Below, piece after piece: positions 27,158 through 33,906 of a stretch of DNA of 33,906 nt. A program made the position numbers and the translations under genes. Below the pieces are notes generated by a model. It made no database searches. It saw only the letters and a program-made list of their open reading frames with translations, and was not told where the DNA came from. Positions within the stretch are counted from its first letter, which is position 1. Every line of letters starts with the position of its first letter. The stretch spans positions 1 through 33,906 of IMG/VR virus record IMGVR_UViG_3300032239_001223; one strand, 5' to 3'. The DNA is from a virus (lineage: Duplodnaviria; Caudoviricetes).

Positions 27158-30100
27158 ATGGCAATATCAACAGAATATGGATCAGTAGTTGTAGACACAA
27201 GTCTAGTCCCTTATATTAGAGAAAAGGACGTAGATTTTGTTGCAAGAAACTTAAAACCATATAAAATTTCTACGTTATTTTTCGATGATATCGCAATTAA
27301 TGGTTTTTGCCAATGCGGCAATAAACTTAAAATTGATGCAAAAAAAGTCGTAGTTATCAGTTCAAATAATACTGGAACTATTAGCACCAATGATATTGCT
27401 TATCAAGGCACTTCAAACACGGTAAATACTTTCAGTGCTGTAGTTGCTGCTTGGTACACAGCAAACTCTACTGTTGTTTTTAAAGATATTATTGGCGATT
27501 TTGACGATATTGCTCAGCTGTATATTGAAGGTGTTGCTGGTGCAACTAACGGAATAACCTATGCAAATTGCAACGTTACAAGTGTAACTGATTATCAAAC
27601 TTCTGACATGTTCGATATGGACGAAGGGGTTATCGATAAACAGGCAGGTAATGCCTTCGCCAGAGTTATTTCAACTTCTGGTGAGAATATTCTTTATATC
27701 GACCACAATTTTATTAACATTAATGTTAATGCAGTCGGTGACATAGGCTCAATGATCTATGATTATAAAGCTGGTGATATTGTTTACCAGACCGTCGATG
27801 GAACTCAAGGGTTTGATGATACAAAAATTACCTTCAAGGGTTTTGTTAAATATTATAACGCACTCGGAACTCCAACAATTGCGATTTCGCCGATTAACGG
27901 AACTATTCTTGCAAATTCAACTTCTACAAGTTCAAATGCATATGTTCGTTTATGGAATGCTTCGAATGCTTCTTCGCAACCACTTTCTGCCAATGCATTT
28001 AATACAAATAATTTTTTAGTTTCGCACAATGTACAGAGCGCGACAGACAGCACTATGACTGTTAAGATTACATCCTACGAACATCGTTCTGGTATAATCG
28101 CTAATACAGCGATGCCGAATAATAAGACGATTATTTTCAATAATAAAAATGGTACTGAGAATCCAGCGAATGGTAATTTAGTTTACTTCACAGCCGGAAC
28201 TGGCGTTGGCCAGCTAAAAAGAATCGTTGCAGTTAGCAATGATATTGCCGTTCTTGATAGCGAATTGAGTTTCTCTGTGACTTCAAATACTCATTATAGT
28301 CTGGGAAATTTTATTGTTGACGATCATGGTACTATCGGTGGCATTTTCCACATTCCATCTAGTCCATATATTAAGTTTAAAACTGGTGAAAGATTATTCA
28401 CCATCACTGATACTGACCAGTATAATGATCCCAACTATGCAATGAGAGCAACTCATCGCTATTCTGCTTCCGCTGTTTTGAATACTAAACAGCGAATTCA
28501 GATGACACCAATCATTGCACCGATGCCGGAAACAGAGGCTGATACATTAGTTGCCCCTATTGATCCATCTAATAGAACTTTCAATTCAGACGCATCGAAG
28601 TCGCCAGTTACAGGCTCAACCACTTCAAATATTCCAAGAATTCCTCTCGGAGATGGTTTATCGCAGACATTCTTTACACCTAAGAAGGCTTCAAACAATC
28701 AAGACTATGGTATGTTTGTGTCGTCAATTGACCTATTCTTTAAAACTAAACCAAGCGTCGCCGCTGGTAGCATGCGATTGCCAATAACAATTAAAATTGC
28801 TGAGGTTTCAAATGGATATCCAACTAAAGTGTATCGCGCAGCTAAGACTATTCAGTGTAAAGATGTAAATATTTCTAATCTTCCTAATCCGTCAGATGCA
28901 AAAACATTAACAAAATTCACCTTTGACGATCCAGTATATTTGGAACCAAATCGCGAATACGCAATTGTAATTGGTTCAGATTCGCCAGATTATTCGGTTT
29001 ATACTGCAGTTATTGGTGAAAATGTTCTCGGCTCAAACCCAGTTCGTCGTATTTCCGAGCAACCATATGCAGGATCGTTCTTCCGTTCGCAGAATAGCTC
29101 AACTTGGACACCATATCAAAACGAAGATCTAATGTTTGTTATTAATAAAGCTGTATTCGCTGCCTCCGGAACAGCAGTATTCAATATGGAAAAAGCCCCA
29201 ATCGGAATGGGATTCGTTGATAAGACTTTCCTAATTTCTTCTGATCTCGCATTCCCAGGTGCTAATATAGCTTATCAATTGCAAGGTATTTACGCTAACA
29301 ATGTGACTTACGATGGAGGAAACTACATAACTCCATATAAAATGCTGGAATATGGATCACTTTTTGATAAGTCTAATAAAACTGGTCAAAATAAAAATAG
29401 AAGAATTATTCGTCCTGGTAATGCGAATAGTGTAATTTTAACAGTTGATATGTATACTCGCGATTCAGATATTTCACCAATTCTTAATACTGAGAGATTA
29501 GCTCTTAATGCAATCAAATATGAAATCAATAATGCGGGATTAACAAATAATATTATTTCTATTACCAGTGTTGGTTCTGGATATAATGCAGTCTCAACTA
29601 GCAGTGGTGGTAATGTAATATTAGGTTCATCTAATACTACAACTAATAATTATGCCCAATTCTATAGAGAAAAATTCTTAGGAAACAATTTTAATGTTGC
29701 TTTTTACAATATCAATATTACTAATAATCCAAATGATAGTGGTTCTGGTGCTTATGGTTTTGCTGTAGCAAACACTGACGGAAAAAATACTTTGAATTAT
29801 ATTATTTTAACTAATTCTGGTGAAGGGTATCTAGAAACACCAACGATTACTATTGCCGCAGGTAATGCTGTTTCTAACACTCAAGCAACAGCATTAATCT
29901 CTGGCGAAACTGATAAATCTGGTGGTAATATTCTATCTAAGTATATAACCCGCGAGATTATTCTTGAAGATGGATTTGAATCTGGGGATATCTCAGTATT
30001 CATGGATGTAATTCGCGTCACAAATACAGATATCCAAGTTTATTATAAAGTTGTTTCGACAGAGGACCCAGACCCGTTAGGTGATAAAAGTTGGAAAAGA

Positions 30101-30328
30101 ATGCAAAAAGTCAAAAATGTTTTCTCAAAAGACTATAATACAAAAATCACTTTACAATTTAAACCAGATTTAAATAAGAATCAAATCTCTTATACTGAGA
30201 ACGGTGTGAACTACCCAATCGGCGGAACATTCAAGTCTTTCGCAATTAAAGTATGTCTGTTAACAACTGATGGCGCTCTGGTACCAAAACTAGATAACCT
30301 TAGAATTAATGCTTTACCTGCAGGTTAA
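27158..30328 (+). CDS. VrlC/DUF4815-like virion protein, C-terminal half
   Basis: VVDTSLVPYIRE..FVARNLKP, FKTGERLF, DGLSQTF, FVSSIDLFFKTK, TKFTFDDPVYL, GSFFRSQNSSTW..Q.EDLMF and FKSFAIK. Confidence 0.85.
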   Translation: MAISTEYGSVVVDTSLVPYIREKDVDFVARNLKPYKISTLFFDDIAINGFCQCGNKLKIDAKKVVVISSNNTGTISTNDIAYQGTSNTVNTFSAVVAAWYTANSTVVFKDIIGDFDDIAQLYIEGVAGATNGITYANCNVTSVTDYQTSDMFDMDEGVIDKQAGNAFARVISTSGENILYIDHNFININVNAVGDIGSMIYDYKAGDIVYQTVDGTQGFDDTKITFKGFVKYYNALGTPTIAISPINGTILANSTSTSSNAYVRLWNASNASSQPLSANAFNTNNFLVSHNVQSATDSTMTVKITSYEHRSGIIANTAMPNNKTIIFNNKNGTENPANGNLVYFTAGTGVGQLKRIVAVSNDIAVLDSELSFSVTSNTHYSLGNFIVDDHGTIGGIFHIPSSPYIKFKTGERLFTITDTDQYNDPNYAMRATHRYSASAVLNTKQRIQMTPIIAPMPETEADTLVAPIDPSNRTFNSDASKSPVTGSTTSNIPRIPLGDGLSQTFFTPKKASNNQDYGMFVSSIDLFFKTKPSVAAGSMRLPITIKIAEVSNGYPTKVYRAAKTIQCKDVNISNLPNPSDAKTLTKFTFDDPVYLEPNREYAIVIGSDSPDYSVYTAVIGENVLGSNPVRRISEQPYAGSFFRSQNSSTWTPYQNEDLMFVINKAVFAASGTAVFNMEKAPIGMGFVDKTFLISSDLAFPGANIAYQLQGIYANNVTYDGGNYITPYKMLEYGSLFDKSNKTGQNKNRRIIRPGNANSVILTVDMYTRDSDISPILNTERLALNAIKYEINNAGLTNNIISITSVGSGYNAVSTSSGGNVILGSSNTTTNNYAQFYREKFLGNNFNVAFYNINITNNPNDSGSGAYGFAVANTDGKNTLNYIILTNSGEGYLETPTITIAAGNAVSNTQATALISGETDKSGGNILSKYITREIILEDGFESGDISVFMDVIRVTNTDIQVYYKVVSTEDPDPLGDKSWKRMQKVKNVFSKDYNTKITLQFKPDLNKNQISYTENGVNYPIGGTFKSFAIKVCLLTTDGALVPKLDNLRINALPAG

Positions 30329-30330
30329 TT

Positions 30331-30552
30331 ATGAAAGCACGAGTTAAAGAAAATATGAATTATGTGAAAGACCTCAATAACTTTGCTATTCTGAATACCA
30401 ATAAAGCAGTCGTTAAAGAACATGAAAAGAAAATGGCGGATTTAAAAAGAATTAAGTCCACAGAAAATGAAATAAATAGTTTAAAATCAGAAGTATCAGA
30501 AATTAAATCGATGCTTTCCCAGATTCTTAAGGCTGTAGGCGGCGAGAAATAA
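30331..30552 (+). CDS. Small coiled-coil hypothetical protein
   Basis: [14 protein letters not shown]...[20 protein letters not shown]; a similar gene commonly follows VrlC-like genes in T4-like phages. Confidence 0.8.
   Translation: MKARVKENMNYVKDLNNFAILNTNKAVVKEHEKKMADLKRIKSTENEINSLKSEVSEIKSMLSQILKAVGGEK
30472..30478 (+). promoter_or_regulatory. Possible late promoter for the fibre genes
   Basis: ATAAATA about 76 nt upstream of the fibre ATG. Confidence 0.35.
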
Positions 30553-30554
30553 AC

Positions 30555-33500
30555 ATGGCAAATACCGTAGATGTAGGGTTAACGACAACTTCTAATACGT
30601 TCAATCAATGGCGTATTTCGACCAATCTTTTGGCAAATGACGTCAATGAGATTGCTCGAGGTAATTTCATCAAGCCAAGAGGTAATGTGACGATCCAAGA
30701 TGGGTATCTACATATTGACAAGAGTTCTGGGACTAATCTTTTAGTTGCAGCTGATGCGCGTATTGCCGGAAAAGGTTTTATCCATTCAATTGAATCTGAT
30801 GCTGATGGTTACGTTTATCTGCCTTCTGGCGACATTACCATGGCCAATCGCGCTAGTGGTGCACTATTTCAAGCCAATATTAATACAGTTTTCACTTCAG
30901 CTAATGTAACAATCTCTAACACTACTGTTGGTGGTACGTTTAACGTTGCTTCAAATACCAGAATTACTGCATCTAACGTAACGATTTCGAATACTTTAGT
31001 CGGTGGTACGTTTAACGTTGCTTCAAATACTTTTATTACTGCATCTAACGTAACGATTTCGAATACTTTAGTCGGTGGTACGTTTAACGTTGCTTCAAAT
31101 ACCACGATTTCCGCTCAAATTGTTAGTGTGTCTAATACTGTTTCAGCTGCTCGATTTAACGTCTCACCAAATACTTTCTTCTTTGGCGGATCAGTTAATG
31201 TTGCAAATACAACTAGCGGCGCAACATTCAATGTCAGTCCAAACACGTTTATTTTTGCGAGTGCTAATGTCAGCTTGAATGTCAACATCGGTTCAATGCT
31301 AGAAGTCACTGGTAATGCAAATCTGTATTCTAACCTCGGTGTAACGTGGAATACATTTACTGGAAACGCTATAGTTTCTCAGAATACTTCAACAGGTAAT
31401 CTCGCTGTTACTCAGAACACTACCTCTGGAAACGCTGTAGTTTCTCAGAATACTTCAACAGGTAATCTGGCTGTTACTCAGAACACCTCAACAGGTAATC
31501 TGGCAGTCACTCAGAACACCTCGACGGGTAATCTTATTGTTTCGACTTTGGCTAATATTGCAACAGGTAATATCGTAACAGCTAACATCGCCACGCTTAA
31601 TGTTAATGCATCAGGTGCTTCTGCGAATATTGCTAATGCCAATATTGCAAATGTTGCGATAACAAACACACAAATATCTGTAGCGAATGTTTACACCCAG
31701 TTAAACTCTTTGTCTTCAAATCTAACAACTGCTAATGTCGCAACGTTAAATGTGTTCGCTGTTGGTGCAATCGCTAATATCGCAAATGCAAATATTGCGA
31801 ATGTAGCAGCTACAAACACGCAAATTTCTGTAGCAAATGTTTACACCCAGTTAAACTCCTTGTCTTCAAATATCATCACCGCGAATATCGCCACTCTTAA
31901 TGTTAATGCTGTAGGTGCTATTGCCAATATTGCGAATGTTTCTATTGCAAATAGTTCAACTACAAATGCAACTGTAAGCCTCTTCACGGTTACAACTCGC
32001 GCAAACGTTGTACTTGCTAATATTACAACTGCGAATATCGCTACTCTTAATGTTAATGCATCAGGTGCTTCTGCGAATATTGCTAACGCCAATATTTCAA
32101 ATGTTGCGATAACAAACACGCAGATATCTGTGGTAAACGTTTACACCCAGTTAAACTCTTTTTCTTCAAATATCATCACTGCGAATATCGCCACCCTTAA
32201 TGTTACCACTGTTAATGTTACAAATCAGACTGTGAGTGGAACTCTAAACGCTTCTACGGCAAATATTACAAGTCTTGCGATGAATGTTTCTGGAACCAGT
32301 GCAGCATTAAACATAGGTTCTATTTACAATCTTACTGTTTATGATTTATTTGTTAAAAATACTCAGACTAACGAAGGAACAACTATTTCATCTTCTGACG
32401 TTTTTCAACTCAGAAGTGCTGTTAATAGTAGAGCACCTGGATACATCGGCGTTCAGCTAGGAACTGCTGCTAATGGTAATGCTTGGATTACATTCGATAC
32501 AGTAGCGGGTAATATTTGGCGCGTAACCGAGAATAGTACAGCTGGAATTTATAAGACTCTTCTAACAACTTCGAATGTGGTCGATTCAGTCACGTCTACA
32601 AGTACTGTTGATGCTGCGGCTCCTAAATCGGTCAAAACGACTTATGATGCATTAACTTCAACCGTAGCAACATTAAATACAACCTTCGGCACTGTTAATA
32701 CTACGTTCGGAACTATTAACACCAATGCGACTAATATTAATTCCAATGGGTTGAATGCATATGCTGTAGCAAATTCTGCGGCGAATACCGTTCGAGTTTC
32801 TGCTAATAGCGGATCAAGTCTAAGCAGCAAACAGCTAAACTTTGTTAATACGTCAACTGTTCTTGTGTCTGTTGCTCAGCATGGTGGCGATGCATCAAAT
32901 GCGAATGTATCGTTTACAATTACTAATGCAGCGACTGGTGCTCAAGGTCCTCAAGGTCCTCAAGGTCCACAAGGTCCATCTGGTGCTTCGGTCACAGGTC
33001 CTCAAGGTCCACAAGGTCCACAAGGTCCACAAGGTCCACAAGGTCCATCTGGTGCTTCGGTCACAGGTCCACAAGGTCCACAAGGTCCACAAGGTCCATC
33101 TGGTGCTTCTGTCACAGGTCCACAAGGTCCACAAGGTCCACAAGGTCCATCTGGTGCTTCTGTCACAGGTCCACAAGGTCCATCTGGTGCTTCGGTCACA
33201 GGTCCTCAAGGTCCACAAGGTCCACAAGGTCCATCTGGTGCTTCTGTCACAGGTCCTCAAGGTCCTCAAGGTGTCACAGGTGCTCAGGGTCCACAGGGTC
33301 CACAGGGTCCATCTGGTGCTTCTGTCACAGGTCCTCAAGGTCCTCAAGGTGTCACAGGTGCTCAGGGTCCTCAAGGTGTCACAGGTGCTCAGGGTCCACA
33401 AGGTCCACAAGGTCCACAAGGTCCATCTGGTGCTTCTGTCACAGGTCCTCAGGGACCAACTGGTCCAGTTGGAGCCAATTATCTTCGTAATGTAACCAGC

Positions 33501-33584
33501 GGATATACTAGCGGCGGTCAAGTTTTTGTTTCCTCGAGTACACCGACTGCAAGTGCTGCTGGTGATATCTGGTTGCAGATCTAA
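30555..33584 (+). CDS. Tail fibre with Asn/Ala/Thr-rich repeats and a collagen-like segment
   Basis: N-terminal [11 protein letters not shown] anchor motif, several repeat families, (GPQ)n, and a C-terminal [10 protein letters not shown]. Confidence 0.85.
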   Translation: MANTVDVGLTTTSNTFNQWRISTNLLANDVNEIARGNFIKPRGNVTIQDGYLHIDKSSGTNLLVAADARIAGKGFIHSIESDADGYVYLPSGDITMANRASGALFQANINTVFTSANVTISNTTVGGTFNVASNTRITASNVTISNTLVGGTFNVASNTFITASNVTISNTLVGGTFNVASNTTISAQIVSVSNTVSAARFNVSPNTFFFGGSVNVANTTSGATFNVSPNTFIFASANVSLNVNIGSMLEVTGNANLYSNLGVTWNTFTGNAIVSQNTSTGNLAVTQNTTSGNAVVSQNTSTGNLAVTQNTSTGNLAVTQNTSTGNLIVSTLANIATGNIVTANIATLNVNASGASANIANANIANVAITNTQISVANVYTQLNSLSSNLTTANVATLNVFAVGAIANIANANIANVAATNTQISVANVYTQLNSLSSNIITANIATLNVNAVGAIANIANVSIANSSTTNATVSLFTVTTRANVVLANITTANIATLNVNASGASANIANANISNVAITNTQISVVNVYTQLNSFSSNIITANIATLNVTTVNVTNQTVSGTLNASTANITSLAMNVSGTSAALNIGSIYNLTVYDLFVKNTQTNEGTTISSSDVFQLRSAVNSRAPGYIGVQLGTAANGNAWITFDTVAGNIWRVTENSTAGIYKTLLTTSNVVDSVTSTSTVDAAAPKSVKTTYDALTSTVATLNTTFGTVNTTFGTINTNATNINSNGLNAYAVANSAANTVRVSANSGSSLSSKQLNFVNTSTVLVSVAQHGGDASNANVSFTITNAATGAQGPQGPQGPQGPSGASVTGPQGPQGPQGPQGPQGPSGASVTGPQGPQGPQGPSGASVTGPQGPQGPQGPSGASVTGPQGPSGASVTGPQGPQGPQGPSGASVTGPQGPQGVTGAQGPQGPQGPSGASVTGPQGPQGVTGAQGPQGVTGAQGPQGPQGPQGPSGASVTGPQGPTGPVGANYLRNVTSGYTSGGQVFVSSSTPTASAAGDIWLQI
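30900..31103 (+). repeat. 72-nt (24-aa) tandem repeat, 3 copies
   Basis: ggtggtacgtttaacgttgcttcaaatac at about 30930, 31002 and 31074. Confidence 0.9.
31360..31545 (+). repeat. 33-nt (11-aa, [11 protein letters not shown]) tandem repeat, about 5 copies
   Basis: Seen in both the translation and the DNA (cagaa(t/c)ac...ggtaat). Confidence 0.85.
31581..32205 (+). repeat. 150-nt (50-aa) repeat, 4 copies
   Basis: ttacacccagttaaactc at 31691, 31841 and 32141; the third copy is diverged. Confidence 0.85.
32937..33473 (+). repeat. Collagen-like repeat (ggtccacaa)n interrupted by 8 GPSGASVT units
   Basis: Read directly from the sequence and its translation. Confidence 0.95.
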
Positions 33585-33593
33585 GGAAATTTT

Positions 33594-33906
33594 ATGGCTG
33601 CTGGTGGATTAAAAGTTTGGAACGGTTCTAGTTGGGTGGGCACTACACCAAAAGTGTGGAATGGAAGTTCTTGGGCTCCTGTGACAAATGGTTATGTTTG
33701 GAGTGGAAGTGCTTGGACTCAATTTTATACTGCACATACGCCAACCTTATACACATATACAACTCCAGGAACATATACATTTACTGCGCCTGCAACGGGA
33801 TCGTTTGCGATTGCTTATGTAGGTGGTGGCGGTAATGGTGGCAATGCGTATAATTTTACAACTAATAGATTTTCTGCCGCAGGTGGTGGCGGTGGTGGTC
33901 AAGTTG
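33594..33906 (+). CDS. Gly-rich adhesin / fibre-tip protein (3'-truncated, absent from the ORF track)
   Basis: TAAGGA Shine-Dalgarno, then MAAGGLKVWNGSSWVGTTPKVWNGSSWAPVTNGYVWSGSAWTQFY...YTTPGTYTFTAP...VGGGGNGG...AGGGGGGQV, open to the end of the window. Confidence 0.85.
   Translation, partial: MAAGGLKVWNGSSWVGTTPKVWNGSSWAPVTNGYVWSGSAWTQFYTAHTPTLYTYTTPGTYTFTAPATGSFAIAYVGGGGNGGNAYNFTTNRFSAAGGGGGGQV

Noticed and set aside
27128-27160. Stop-codon readthrough, recoding or a sequencing error joining the VrlC halves
   Set aside because: Two different in-frame stops (TAA and TAG) intervene. TAG also appears to terminate gp8 normally, so there is no sign of an alternative genetic code.
30900-33473. 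CRISPR array or DGR template/variable repeats
   Set aside because: The repeats are in-frame coding units without unique spacers. I saw no adenine-specific variation and no reverse transcriptase in the window.
32842-33521. VHK-repeat, WTL-repeat and GPC-repeat ORFs
   Set aside because: These are shadow frames of the collagen repeat.
33632-33835. 67-aa ORF in the track
   Set aside because: It overlaps the better-supported ORF starting at 33594, which has a Shine-Dalgarno and recognisable motifs.

Overview
This 33.9 kb window is a fragment of a T4-like (cyanophage/pelagiphage-type) myovirus genome. The left end carries a 5'-truncated SleB-like hydrolase, gp33, a small protease-inhibitor-like gene, gp59 and gp32, with a sigma70 promoter and a terminator. 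A minus-strand block follows: gp4, gp2, a tail-tube paralogue, a gp26/gp51-like pair, and a gp29/tape-measure-like protein with an M15 peptidase domain. The long plus-strand operon encodes gp48, gp53, a gp27-like hub, a lysozyme-less gp5, an unknown protein, gp25, gp6, gp7, gp8, a VrlC/DUF4815-like protein split into two genes, a collagen-containing fibre and a truncated Gly-rich adhesin. Four observations stand out. (1) A Hint (intein-like) domain sits at the split point of the VrlC/DUF4815-like protein. (2) A T-TTT-TTC slippery site could fuse the gp26-like and gp51-like ORFs, as in lambda G/GT. (3) gp7 and gp8 appear to contain nested (Russian-doll) repeat domains. (4) A GDIW/KVWNG motif is split in frame between the fibre and the adhesin. 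All family assignments come from motif recognition and synteny; no database search was run.
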